IMG/VR virus record: IMGVR_UViG_3300009506_000001
Location: 91,246-155,245 of that record
From: a virus
DNA: 64,000 nt
Direction: 5' to 3' (one strand)
A program made the translations under genes and the position numbers. This document shows, piece by piece, positions 19,735-29,225 of the stretch. Numbering within the stretch: the first letter of the stretch is position 1; each line of letters begins with the position of its first letter. The notes beneath the pieces were generated by a model, which ran no database searches, was not told the origin of the DNA, and was given only the letters and a program-made list of their open reading frames with translations.

Positions 19735-22290
19735 ATGTCTAACGACACTATCTTTGAGGATTCCTTTTCGGAAGAAGTATGGAGCACTACGTATAAAGAC
19801 CACAACGACAAAACGATCGATGATACATTAAGAAGGGTTGCAACAGCTGCAGCAAGTGTCGAAAAGAACAAGGCATTGAGAGAGGAATGGGCAGACAATT
19901 TCTATGACATGCTAAGTGGCTTCAAGACCACATCTGGTGGTCGCATCTATTCGAACGCTGGTACTGAATGGAAAGGCACTACCCTAATGAATTGTTTTGT
20001 TGCCCCTCGTGGTACTCGTGACATTGACTCTCTTGAGAACATCATTAAGAACGTCCGCAATCAGTCCTTCACGTTGAAATCTGAAGGTGGTTGGGGTGAG
20101 AACTTTTCGTACATCCGGCCTCGTGGTGCATTCATTCATGGCATCGGCGTTGAGACGCCGGGAGCTGTCAAGTACATGGAAATGTTTGACAAGTCCTCCG
20201 AGATCATCACTTCCGGTTCTGGCAAGAAGTCGAAGAACAAGAAGGCCAAAGGCAAGATTCGTAAAGGGGCAATGATGGGCGTGCTTGATGTTTGGCATCC
20301 TGACATTGTCGAGTTCATCACTGCGAAACAGCAGCCTGGACGCCTCACGAAGTTCAACGTTTCTGTTAACTGCACAGATGAATTCATGAACAAGGTCCTT
20401 CGAGTTCTTGAAATGAAAAAGGCTGGTATGTCGGAGGTTGAAATCGAAGCCGAAGACCAGTGGTTGTTGCGTTTCCCTGATACACGTCACGAGAAGTACC
20501 GCACACAGTGGACAGGTAACCTTGCACAGTGGGAAGCCAAAGGATTCGATGTTGAAGTCTACAATACAGTTTCTGCGTTGTGGCTTTGGAATCTCATTAT
20601 GGAATCCACATACAACCGTGCCGAGCCAGGCGTTCTCTTCCTCGACCGTGCAAACCATTTTGGTCCTCTAAACTACGCCGAGACAATCGTCGCTACTAAT
20701 CCTTGTGGTGAGCAGACACTTGCCGCTGGTGGGGTTTGTAATCTTGGTTCCGTTAATCTGACACAGTTCATCAACAAGGACCGTACAGGATTCAACCTGC
20801 GAGCTATTCGAAAGACTGTCCGCTCGATGAACCGCTTCCTAGACAACATCAACGATCTTTCCGACGCCCCGCTTCCTGAGTATGTGGACTCGATGCGTAA
20901 AAAGCGTCGTGTTGGTATTGGCATTTTGGGTTGGGGCTCTGCTCTATTCATGCTAAAGGTCCGCTTTGGTTCTGAGCGTGCAACTGAACTTCGTGAGCAG
21001 GTTATGCGAACGATTGCACGTGAAGCATATATGTCTTCCATTGACCTTGCCGAAGAGAAGGGAATGTTTGAATACTGCGAACCTGAGAAACATGCAGAAG
21101 GTGTATTTGTCAATAGCCTTGAACTCCCTGCTGAGTATATGGACAAGCTTCGTACAACAGGCATTCGCAACAGCTCGCTGCTTTCGATTCAGCCAACAGG
21201 CAATACCTCGATTCTTGCTAATGTTGTTTCTGGTGGCCTTGAGCCAATCTTCATGCCCGAGTATGTTCGTACGGTTATTGTCAACACAATGCCCGAAGAG
21301 ATCGCTGACGTCTGTCCAAAGTGGTACGAGGGCGAATGGAAGGAGACTTCCATGTTCAAGTTTACCAAAGAAGGCGATGAAGAAATCCTCAAGGGTAAGC
21401 ACAACGGTATCACATACAAGATCGACAAGAATCGTGGTCTGACAAAAGAAGTTCTTTGTCAGGATTACGGAGTGCGTTGGTTGACTGCTCGTGGTGAGTG
21501 GGATCCAAACGCCGAATGGGCGGTCACAACTCTGAACATGACAGTGCAGGATCACGTCAACGATGTGAAAGGTTTTGCTCGTTGGGTTGATAGTGCTATG
21601 TCAAAGACGGTCAACGTTCCACACGATTACTCGTTTGAGAAGTTCAAGGACATTTATCTGGACACGTTCGCAAGTGGCTTCGTGAAGGGTGTTACTACAT
21701 ATCGCTCTGGTACAATGACAACCGTGCTTTCCGCTAAGGATGAGAAAGACGCAGACGCATCTGATGAAGAGATTATCAAGGAAGATGTCAAGCTGCCTGA
21801 CTCTGCACCTGCTGTTATGAAGACACTTCGTGCAGAGGGCCGCAAGTGGTATCTAACAGTTGTGTACCATGAAGATAATCCAGATCGTCCTTTTGCTTTG
21901 TTCGTTAAGACAAACTCTCCAGAGAAGAGCATCGTATCCGATGAGGCTGTTGATCTTTTGATGGCCCTCGCACGCAAGAAGAGGATTCCAAAGCGTCACC
22001 GTGATGATGTAGAGTCCAAGATGGTTCACGACACAAACTCAAGCAAAGTTGCCCGTTTAATCAGCTTCTTGCTACGCCACGGTGTCCTGATCAAGAACAT
22101 CGTCGCTACACTTGACAAGTGTGAGAGTGCGTATGTTGGTACATTCGCATTCCAAATACGTAAGTTCTTGTCCACCTACATCAAAGACGGAGAGACGGTT
22201 GAAGATGAAAAATGTCAGGAGTGTGGTGGGCAGGTTATATATTCTGAAGGTTGTTTCAAGTGTGCAAATTGTGGAACGTCTCGCTGCTAA
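19735..22290 (+). CDS. nrdJ: class II (B12-dependent) ribonucleotide reductase with C-terminal Zn-ribbon
   Basis: GGRI..NAG, NCFV, TNPCGEQ, CNLGS, QPTGNTS, KGVTTYR motifs; C-terminal CxxC...CxxC..RC. Confidence 0.9.
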   Translation: MSNDTIFEDSFSEEVWSTTYKDHNDKTIDDTLRRVATAAASVEKNKALREEWADNFYDMLSGFKTTSGGRIYSNAGTEWKGTTLMNCFVAPRGTRDIDSLENIIKNVRNQSFTLKSEGGWGENFSYIRPRGAFIHGIGVETPGAVKYMEMFDKSSEIITSGSGKKSKNKKAKGKIRKGAMMGVLDVWHPDIVEFITAKQQPGRLTKFNVSVNCTDEFMNKVLRVLEMKKAGMSEVEIEAEDQWLLRFPDTRHEKYRTQWTGNLAQWEAKGFDVEVYNTVSALWLWNLIMESTYNRAEPGVLFLDRANHFGPLNYAETIVATNPCGEQTLAAGGVCNLGSVNLTQFINKDRTGFNLRAIRKTVRSMNRFLDNINDLSDAPLPEYVDSMRKKRRVGIGILGWGSALFMLKVRFGSERATELREQVMRTIAREAYMSSIDLAEEKGMFEYCEPEKHAEGVFVNSLELPAEYMDKLRTTGIRNSSLLSIQPTGNTSILANVVSGGLEPIFMPEYVRTVIVNTMPEEIADVCPKWYEGEWKETSMFKFTKEGDEEILKGKHNGITYKIDKNRGLTKEVLCQDYGVRWLTARGEWDPNAEWAVTTLNMTVQDHVNDVKGFARWVDSAMSKTVNVPHDYSFEKFKDIYLDTFASGFVKGVTTYRSGTMTTVLSAKDEKDADASDEEIIKEDVKLPDSAPAVMKTLRAEGRKWYLTVVYHEDNPDRPFALFVKTNSPEKSIVSDEAVDLLMALARKKRIPKRHRDDVESKMVHDTNSSKVARLISFLLRHGVLIKNIVATLDKCESAYVGTFAFQIRKFLSTYIKDGETVEDEKCQECGGQVIYSEGCFKCANCGTSRC

Positions 22291-22325
22291 ATGTAAGTTG
22301 TTAGAAACACCTTATAAATAGTGGT

Positions 22326-23060
22326 ATGGAAAGAAATTACTATGTATATCTGCTATGTGACCCTCGTGTCCCTTTTCGACACGATTCGGTGAAAACAAAA
22401 TTTCAACCGTTTTATGTTGGGAAGGGAAAGGGCAACAGGTACCAAAAACATCTGTATGAAACGGAAAGCAGTCACACAAATGATTCAAAGTTTGATACAA
22501 TTCAGTCTATATTACAGGAGGGGTTGTTGGTCAATTGTGAAATATTCCGTGAAAATCTAACCGAGCATGAAGCATATGAACTGGAAGAAGAAATTATCTT
22601 TTTGCTTGGTCGTGAACGGGATGGTGGTATTCTTACAAATATAGCTTTCGGCGGTCGTTCGCCATCGGCACTTCCTGAGGTACGTAGGAAAATTGGAAAT
22701 GCAAATCGAGGTAGAAAACAATCTGAGGAACATATTCAAAAACGAGTAGAAAAGAATACAGGACAGAAAAGGACAAAAGAGCAAAGAAAGCGTATTCAAC
22801 AAGCGACCGTTGGAATAAAAAGAACTAAAGAAGCTCGTAGAAATATTCAACGGGCGGCACGAAATAGAAGTCAAGAGCATAATCAACACATTTCGAACTC
22901 ATTGAAGGGTAGAAGTATTCCCGAAAGTGTTAGAGAAAAAATTAGTCAAACGCTAAAAGGCAAAGCAAAGCCCAAACGTTGTTGCCCCCACTGCGGTATA
23001 GTTTGTGCCCACAATGTCCTCAAGCGATTTCATATGGATAATTGTAAGTGCAAAAAGTAA
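22326..23060 (+). CDS. free-standing GIY-YIG homing endonuclease with NUMOD3 repeats
   Basis: YYVY..DPR..PFYVGKG..R; repeated SEEH/..KIS..LKG units; TATAAATA immediately upstream. Confidence 0.85.
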   Translation: MERNYYVYLLCDPRVPFRHDSVKTKFQPFYVGKGKGNRYQKHLYETESSHTNDSKFDTIQSILQEGLLVNCEIFRENLTEHEAYELEEEIIFLLGRERDGGILTNIAFGGRSPSALPEVRRKIGNANRGRKQSEEHIQKRVEKNTGQKRTKEQRKRIQQATVGIKRTKEARRNIQRAARNRSQEHNQHISNSLKGRSIPESVREKISQTLKGKAKPKRCCPHCGIVCAHNVLKRFHMDNCKCKK

Positions 23061-23180
23061 AACACGAAAGGCAAAACTTTTCTACAGATAATAAGGTCCC
23101 TCCCGTCAACCTCTGGTCATACCATTTATTTTTGAATGCGGTGTTGACCAGAGGTTCGACTTCATTGTATAGTATACGTA

Positions 23181-23360
23181 ATGGATGACCTTTGTAAAGC
23201 ACTGGCACTAATAACAGGAGGGTTCTTTTCTGTTACCCTTATTGCTCTTGGTGTTCAGATCTGGAAGATTCCCAACCATGTTTGGGAGAAGGCTCGTCAG
23301 GAGCTACTGGAACGACGCAAGATTGCTCGTGATATTGTGCAATTTTTTGAAAACAAGTAG
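23181..23360 (+). CDS. small membrane protein (59 aa, not in ORF track)
   Basis: MDDLCKALALITGGFFSVTLIALGVQIW...; TTGACC-N18-TATAGT 7 nt upstream, so possibly leaderless. Confidence 0.55.
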   Translation: MDDLCKALALITGGFFSVTLIALGVQIWKIPNHVWEKARQELLERRKIARDIVQFFENK

Positions 23361-23371
23361 TAAATACTTGT

Positions 23372-23608
23372 ATGCACCTTCAGGAAATCATAAATTACGA
23401 GAAGCCTTATGCTTTAATGATTGATGGTAAACTAAAAAAGACGTTTGCCGCACAATCACAGGCTATTGACGCTGCTCCAAAGGACGGTTCATGGAAGATC
23501 GTCGACACAGTTAGGAATACTGTGGTTGCTACTGCACGAAACATGGAGTATTCCCCTGAAGACGTGCTAAAGGATCTGCAAACTCGTGCAGCCACGGCGG
23601 GGGATTAA
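23372..23608 (+). CDS. hypothetical (putative head-internal) protein
   Basis: MHLQEIINYE; TAAATA at 23361. Confidence 0.6.
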   Translation: MHLQEIINYEKPYALMIDGKLKKTFAAQSQAIDAAPKDGSWKIVDTVRNTVVATARNMEYSPEDVLKDLQTRAATAGD

Positions 23609-24169
23609 ATGAAGCTTTCTGACATAATCAATGCCGAACTAAGTCTCTACAATTCCCTTGGTAAAAAAGGCGGCACAGCTCTGCCTTATCACGGGAAAGA
23701 GACCACTATTGATGGCATCACAGTGTGGCAACGCAAGAACCTGAAAGAGTCACTGAAACCAGGTGATTCCGTCACAGCAAGCAGTCCAGGCAAGAAAACG
23801 AAGAAAGTAATGGTTCGTAAAGTGGGCAACAGTTCGATCGAGACGATCGATGATGAAGGCAACCATAAACTATACAACAAGCAAGGTAAGTTGAAAGTTG
23901 GTGCCATTCACTACAAGAACATGCACACTGGTATACGATCTGAGGGTACTTCTGGTGTTGGCCCTGCTGGATTAGCGGGAGCAAACCAACACACCGGAAC
24001 CGGTCCGTCTGAGTTGGAGTACGATCTTTCAAAGGTTGACGATGAGTTCAAGGGTAAGGATACTCGTGCAGACATAAAGAAATCAAAAGATAAACGTATA
24101 ACCCTAAAACAATTTTTGGATAAGAGGACAGACCGTGAGACTGAACGAGTTACGGCCGGAGCAAGATAA
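23609..24169 (+). CDS. hypothetical (putative head-internal) protein
   Basis: MKLSDIINAE N-terminus. Confidence 0.6.
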   Translation: MKLSDIINAELSLYNSLGKKGGTALPYHGKETTIDGITVWQRKNLKESLKPGDSVTASSPGKKTKKVMVRKVGNSSIETIDDEGNHKLYNKQGKLKVGAIHYKNMHTGIRSEGTSGVGPAGLAGANQHTGTGPSELEYDLSKVDDEFKGKDTRADIKKSKDKRITLKQFLDKRTDRETERVTAGAR

Positions 24170-24674
24170 CGATCAACAATACAAAATTTTCGTAGACATG
24201 GATGGCGTGCTCGCTGATTTCGACAAAGGAGTCAGTGAGAAGATGGGAAAGAAGCTAGACCAACGACAGTACGATACAGATCCGAAGTATCGCAGCAAGA
24301 TGTGGAGATGGGTCACAAATTACTCCAAAAGGGGTGGCAAACTTTGGTACGAATTGCCGCTAATGCCCGACGCCATGCAACTCTGGAACTATGTCAAAAA
24401 GTTCAACCCCCAAATCTTAACCGCTCAGGGTAACCCCGAATACGGCGCCGAACCGCAAAAACGCAAATGGATTGCGGAGAAAATTGGCTCGAACGTCCCT
24501 GTTTTAGTCACGCAGAAATCACGAGAGAAGGCTCAATACGCCGCTCCAAATCATATCCTTATTGATGATCGGAAGAAGGCTATTGGACCGTGGAGAGAAG
24601 CAGGTGGTATCGGCATTTTGCATACCAGTGCTGCTGACACAATCAAGCAACTAAAGGAACTAGGAATCGAATGA
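24135..24674 (+). CDS. HAD-family 5'(3')-nucleotidase
   Basis: IFVDMDGVLADF, ILTA, KRKW, LIDD and GGIGILH motifs. Confidence 0.88.
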   Translation: MRLNELRPEQDNDQQYKIFVDMDGVLADFDKGVSEKMGKKLDQRQYDTDPKYRSKMWRWVTNYSKRGGKLWYELPLMPDAMQLWNYVKKFNPQILTAQGNPEYGAEPQKRKWIAEKIGSNVPVLVTQKSREKAQYAAPNHILIDDRKKAIGPWREAGGIGILHTSAADTIKQLKELGIE

Positions 24675-24799
24675 TCTGTGACCAGTGTTACAAGACGATG
24701 AAATTTGTTTCGAACACAAAGAAATGGTTATGCCCTTGCTGCGGATTGACAGTTGCATCCGCACACAAGGACCCTAAACCAAAAGACCAAAAGGATTAA
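24671..24799 (+). CDS. 42-aa Zn-ribbon protein (not in ORF track)
   Basis: MICDQC...WLCPCCG; ATGA overlap with the upstream gene. Confidence 0.55.
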   Translation: MICDQCYKTMKFVSNTKKWLCPCCGLTVASAHKDPKPKDQKD

Positions 24800-25062
24800 T
24801 ACTCGTCGTCGAATATACGGCCGCTTGAGTGAGGGTGAGCCATGCCGCTCCATCCCTCTTCTTCCACCTGAGCCGCGGCCCATTCGGCCAGCGTAGCATA
24901 CTCTTTCATCGCTACAGGATCATACACTCGACCCGACTTGGAGTCGGGGTCTTCGAAAAACTCAATGCCGTAAAGATCCTGCAACTCCCTTGCGGAGAGG
25001 TGCTGAATGTCGTGATCGATTGAATTGGCCTCGTGTGCCTGTACGTAATGCTGTCTACTCAT
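24796..25062 (-). CDS. hypothetical protein
   Basis: 88-aa ORF. Confidence 0.6.
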   Translation of the reverse strand: MSRQHYVQAHEANSIDHDIQHLSARELQDLYGIEFFEDPDSKSGRVYDPVAMKEYATLAEWAAAQVEEEGWSGMAHPHSSGRIFDDEY

Positions 25063-25066
25063 ATTG

Positions 25067-25435
25067 CTATACCTTTATTAAGAGCACTCCAAGTATGATA
25101 AGGTTTAGGGCAACCGAACCAAATAAGGCATATTTAAGAGTGTCTATGTTGCGACGAAAACGGTTGATCGTGTTGTTCATGTTCTCGTCTGTGTTCGCTG
25201 CAAACTGCTGAAGAGCAGTGTACAGCTGATCAGTGTCTTCACGTGTCTCTTTCAGGTCACGTTCGACATCCTGTTTGTGAGTCGTGGATTGCTCAAGGAT
25301 ATAGTTGAGCGAATCCAGAATAACTTTCTGGCCTTCGTCCAAGTCCTCAACGGCATTGTTCAGCTCGCCAATGATGAAGTCTTGTTGGCTCTGTAACAGC
25401 TTTTTTAATTCCGGGTCGTCACCAAAGTTTCTCAT
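25067..25435 (-). CDS. coiled-coil protein with C-terminal TM helix
   Basis: ORF with a hydrophobic C-terminus. Confidence 0.6.
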   Translation of the reverse strand: MRNFGDDPELKKLLQSQQDFIIGELNNAVEDLDEGQKVILDSLNYILEQSTTHKQDVERDLKETREDTDQLYTALQQFAANTDENMNNTINRFRRNIDTLKYALFGSVALNLIILGVLLIKV

Positions 25436-25701
25436 TTGCCTTTACTCAAAAGTTTTTCAGTCGTGTCCCATTCGATGCAGGCCATGTGGTAGTCGTGCAG
25501 GGCATCGACACCAAATTTGTGTTGCGTAATGTGTTCGATAATACGATCACGTTTCGCATTCATGACCAAGGTGTGGGGAAGGTCTTCATTCAGAATCCGA
25601 TACTTGCCTCTCAACGTTTTCGTGTCGAGCAAGGAAAGCTGGAACATGTAGTGACCGATCTCACCAAATTTTTCGGCGTGGATCGAAGTTGATTCAGGCA
25701 T
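25432..25701 (-). CDS. hypothetical protein
   Basis: Coupled ORF. Confidence 0.55.
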   Translation of the reverse strand: MPESTSIHAEKFGEIGHYMFQLSLLDTKTLRGKYRILNEDLPHTLVMNAKRDRIIEHITQHKFGVDALHDYHMACIEWDTTEKLLSKGK

Positions 25702-27010
25702 AGTACCCTTTGTTGTATTTCCTCAAAATTTCTCGAAGTTCAGTAACGTATATCTTACTACGTTCGGCAGACTTTGACAACAACATTTTATAGTGCTTCA
25801 TCAAGTCTTTAGCGTCAGCGAGCTTGGCCTCCGTCTTCATCTTCTCCTGTTCTGTGAACCGATAAACAGGGAGGTCAGCTATGTAATCGATGTGGACAAT
25901 TCCAAACTCTTCGAGCAACGATTTCAGCTCAGCACGTGACTGGGTCTTTTTGGCCAACCCAGCAACGTTTTTCTGGATTGCCAAAAGTACGTCCAAGTAC
26001 TTCTGAATGTCGATTTCGAGTAGTTTGGCAAGTCGTTCATACCGCTTCTTATACCATGACAACCGCCAATCAGTGAAGTCCTGTACGACTTGTACATAGT
26101 CGGACGCAATAACACGCTCACCATCAAAGTCCAACAGGTTCATGTTTTCGTTTGCAGTGGCAGACAATTTTAACATGCTGAACACTTTATCTAGATTGGA
26201 GGTCAGCGCACCTCGTTTGAATTTGACAACGATGTCGTACTTGTCTTTAGAGTTGTCCTCGAAGTCAACGATAGAGCCCTTTTCTTCGAGCTTCATTAGG
26301 TGATCGACAAACTTCTCGTGGCTTGCACCATAAGGAAGCTGTGTGATACGAAGTGTCGTCGCATTGACTTGCTCAGCCTCACCAAAGAACTCCCACTTGT
26401 TCCCATCAACGTGCTCAACAATACTACTCGTTGGATAGAAAGCAGGAAACTTCTCTTGAAATTTCTTGCCTTGAAGGTGCTTGATCTGGTCTTCGATAAT
26501 GTCTTCCAATGCACGTGGAAGAATATTGGAAGCAAAGCCGACGGCGATACCCTCACTTGGGTTCAACAAAGCAACTGGAATAAGTGGCAAAAAGTGAACT
26601 GGTTCCTCAAGCGTTCCGTCATAGTTATCTTGCATCGGAACCAATTCAATATCGGCAAAGACAACGTCTTTTGTAAAATCTGATACCTTAACGGAGGTGT
26701 AACGAGAAGCACCATAAGCAGTTGGATTAAGCAGCGTGCCAAACGCTCCATCGCCATGAAGCAATGGAATGTTGTTCCCATAAGGAGCAGCCAGAGTATT
26801 GATTGCACCCTCGGGCTGAGCGTGTGGATGAATCGGCATTGTTGCACCAGCGAGGGTAGCACTTTTATATTTCTTGCCGTCTCGTGCAATCCACAATACA
26901 CGACGCTGTGCAGCCTTCAATCCATCGGCGATTGCTGGAATGGCTCGCATTTGCAATACGTAGAGTGAATACTCTCTGCGCTGCTCATTTACATAACTAC
27001 TGTTGCTCAT
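25694..27010 (-). CDS. type IIA topoisomerase, breakage-reunion subunit (gp52/GyrA-like)
   Basis: RAIP..DGLK..QRR, HPH, G.FG and ASRYT (active Tyr); start moved to MSNSS. Confidence 0.93.
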   Translation of the reverse strand: MSNSSYVNEQRREYSLYVLQMRAIPAIADGLKAAQRRVLWIARDGKKYKSATLAGATMPIHPHAQPEGAINTLAAPYGNNIPLLHGDGAFGTLLNPTAYGASRYTSVKVSDFTKDVVFADIELVPMQDNYDGTLEEPVHFLPLIPVALLNPSEGIAVGFASNILPRALEDIIEDQIKHLQGKKFQEKFPAFYPTSSIVEHVDGNKWEFFGEAEQVNATTLRITQLPYGASHEKFVDHLMKLEEKGSIVDFEDNSKDKYDIVVKFKRGALTSNLDKVFSMLKLSATANENMNLLDFDGERVIASDYVQVVQDFTDWRLSWYKKRYERLAKLLEIDIQKYLDVLLAIQKNVAGLAKKTQSRAELKSLLEEFGIVHIDYIADLPVYRFTEQEKMKTEAKLADAKDLMKHYKMLLSKSAERSKIYVTELREILRKYNKGYYA

Positions 27011-27332
27011 CTTCTCTTTGCTTCCGCTTTTCTTCCCATCGATCTCGTTTTCGTTGAATCTGTGCAGCATTTCGGTCCATTTGCTCCGCCAGCGTGACTT
27101 CATGTCGACACGATCCACACAAACTGTATTCGCTAAGGACGGTGAAAGAGCCAAATTTCGGTTCAAATGTGCGGTACGGTACTTCCACCTTACGTCGTTT
27201 TGAAATAAGTTTGCCACCAACGCACATGGGGCACAGCTGATCTGTACGCTCACGATTTTTAGGTGCCTTTCTCGTCCTTGGCTTATTTTCTTTGAGTGGC
27301 TCGGGTCCTTTTTTTGGTTTGTCTAATAGCAT
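26997..27332 (-). CDS. Zn-finger protein (YgiT/MqsA-like)
   Basis: CPMC...CGSC..E. Confidence 0.55.
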   Translation of the reverse strand: MLLDKPKKGPEPLKENKPRTRKAPKNRERTDQLCPMCVGGKLISKRRKVEVPYRTFEPKFGSFTVLSEYSLCGSCRHEVTLAEQMDRNAAQIQRKRDRWEEKRKQREDEQQ

Positions 27333-27333
27333 T

Positions 27334-27513
27334 TTACTTTCCTTTGTTATTCTCGTGCCAGATCAAACTGCACTGTGGGCTACAGTAAACGTGTTCGATC
27401 TTTTGCGTTTGTTGGTCCTTTTTATAATATTTAGGCACCATGTTCCGCATGTCAAAAAATGCACTTCCTGGTCCAAAAGTCTTCCCACATTGCTGGCACT
27501 TAAACGTCTGCAT
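27334..27513 (-). CDS. 59-aa Zn-binding protein (not in ORF track)
   Basis: MQTFKCQQCGKTF...YCSPQC. Confidence 0.6.
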   Translation of the reverse strand: MQTFKCQQCGKTFGPGSAFFDMRNMVPKYYKKDQQTQKIEHVYCSPQCSLIWHENNKGK

Positions 27514-27847
27514 CCTTTTCGGCCTTGGCTACCGCATCATCAAGTACTTCGCTCATGCTTGCCCCACCGTTGTACCACGACATGAAATACTCAATGCGTC
27601 CGTCGGGATGTTTAGTGGCCTCAACGAATCCATATGGGTCAACCTCTTGATCTTGTATTTCGTAGATAGTGTCACCACGAATATACGCAGAACGGTAGCC
27701 TCTGTCCTGCAAAACCTCAACCCACGAATCATAGTCGTCCAGTTTATACCCAAGCAACCGACAAGCGTCCTGTGCTCGTTCTTCGAGCGTTGCACCTTTC
27801 AGCGACATCGGCACTAGTGTGCCTTTATGTGTTTCCATCTCACTCAT
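27500..27847 (-). CDS. hypothetical phage protein
   Basis: MSEMETHKG..WYNGG. Confidence 0.65.
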   Translation of the reverse strand: MSEMETHKGTLVPMSLKGATLEERAQDACRLLGYKLDDYDSWVEVLQDRGYRSAYIRGDTIYEIQDQEVDPYGFVEATKHPDGRIEYFMSWYNGGASMSEVLDDAVAKAEKDADV

Positions 27848-28337
27848 TGTCTTTTGCCTCTTGGAAGCGTTCATCCTCTGGATCGTTTTCTCTTAACTCC
27901 ATAAAGAGAATTGTTGCTTCTCGCTCAGTAAATTTGTAGTGAGCAAGCAGTTCATAAGTCTCCCATGCGTCATATTCGTAACCACAGTCCGTCCAGTACT
28001 TTTCACCGAACGTCTTAGCCCCAAAAGTTAATCGATACACACCTGGCTGGCTTACATCCATTTCGGAGGTGTCTTGCAGGTTCAGGTGCCCAGTAACTTC
28101 GGTTGGTAGAATGTCTGACGGTGATACATTATCAACACACTCAGAAAAATAGAAGGCCGAATTCATATCACCAATCATGGTGAGATAGCTAGAATCCAAA
28201 ATGTCTGGATCTTCCGGGTATCGTAGATCGACAATAAACTCGACAATGTAGTGCCACTTGGTCTTGTTGGTAGCTGGGTTTTCCTCGGGCTCCATCTTGG
28301 ATAGCCTCTTGAAGAGGTCACGTTCGGATTCACTCAT
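27840..28337 (-). CDS. hypothetical protein
   Basis: Coupled ORF. Confidence 0.6.
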   Translation of the reverse strand: MSESERDLFKRLSKMEPEENPATNKTKWHYIVEFIVDLRYPEDPDILDSSYLTMIGDMNSAFYFSECVDNVSPSDILPTEVTGHLNLQDTSEMDVSQPGVYRLTFGAKTFGEKYWTDCGYEYDAWETYELLAHYKFTEREATILFMELRENDPEDERFQEAKDNE

Positions 28338-29010
28338 AATGATATAATCTCATCTTTGCATCTTGAATAAGTCGTTGAAGGTTAACGGGTCTGTAGTTGT
28401 GTAATTCGCAGCATACGTTAATATGCAGCGGATGTCCAGAGACAGCGTTGGGATATGCGTGCAAGTGTCCGTGGATGTTCACCCAAGGATATGGGATGTT
28501 GTCCATTGGATAATGGGTCAACAACAATCCAACTTCGGGTGTCTCAATCGGGTACACGAGATGAATCTCATCAAAGTTCAGCTTCAGAGGTCTCTTTTTC
28601 CGATGGAAATCGTGGTTGCCAAGAATGAGAATCTTGTAACCATTGCATCGATCTAGTAGTTCGTTGATCTTGGTTTCACTTGCAAATCCAACATCGCCCA
28701 CCCAAATGCTAATGTCATCGGGCTCAACGTACTCGTTGTGGCTAAGAATCAGCGTTTCGTTCATCTCCTCTACATTTAGAAAGGGGCGATCGCTAAAGTC
28801 AATGATATTCTTGTGGTAGAAGTGCAGGTCGCTCCAGACCCACACCTCTCTACCTGCTAACGAAACCTGATCCTCTTTCAGGTAAATGACACGATCAAGT
28901 GCCTCCCATTTCTGAGGATGTCGAACACGAGGACGAGGACCTCCACCGTAGTTCACGATCTTGGTGAGGTCCTCGATGTACAACTGATGTAGGCAATCAA
29001 TCTCGGACAT
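28330..29010 (-). CDS. calcineurin-like metallophosphoesterase
   Basis: SDLHF.H, VGD, GNHD, THYP and HGHLH motifs. Confidence 0.9.
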   Translation of the reverse strand: MSEIDCLHQLYIEDLTKIVNYGGGPRPRVRHPQKWEALDRVIYLKEDQVSLAGREVWVWSDLHFYHKNIIDFSDRPFLNVEEMNETLILSHNEYVEPDDISIWVGDVGFASETKINELLDRCNGYKILILGNHDFHRKKRPLKLNFDEIHLVYPIETPEVGLLLTHYPMDNIPYPWVNIHGHLHAYPNAVSGHPLHINVCCELHNYRPVNLQRLIQDAKMRLYHYE

Positions 29011-29225
29011 TAGAATGGCCTTGGACGCTCCATTAACATTTGAGTGTTACCGGTATTGGCAAGAGTTAGCTCGCCAATCAAAATGATCAACTCCGTAACC
29101 TGCTTTGGTGTCAAAAGGACATCTTCGTCTTCCTTTGCCGCTGCGATCATCCCAGACAACAGCCGGGTCTTTGCCTGAATGTTGTTCAGTAATTCGAAGT
29201 GTCTCATAATATCATCGTTAATCAT
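29010..29225 (-). CDS. hypothetical protein
   Basis: Coupled ORF. Confidence 0.5.
   Translation of the reverse strand: MINDDIMRHFELLNNIQAKTRLLSGMIAAAKEDEDVLLTPKQVTELIILIGELTLANTGNTQMLMERPRPF

Noticed and set aside
19735-23060. Intron or intein in nrdJ, polB, helicase or topoisomerase
   Set aside because: The ORFs are continuous and of normal length, and the GIY-YIG gene is free-standing after the nrdJ stop.
27011-27253. N-terminal extension of the topoisomerase A subunit in the ORF track
   Set aside because: It overlaps the Zn-finger gene, and family similarity begins at MSNSS (27010).
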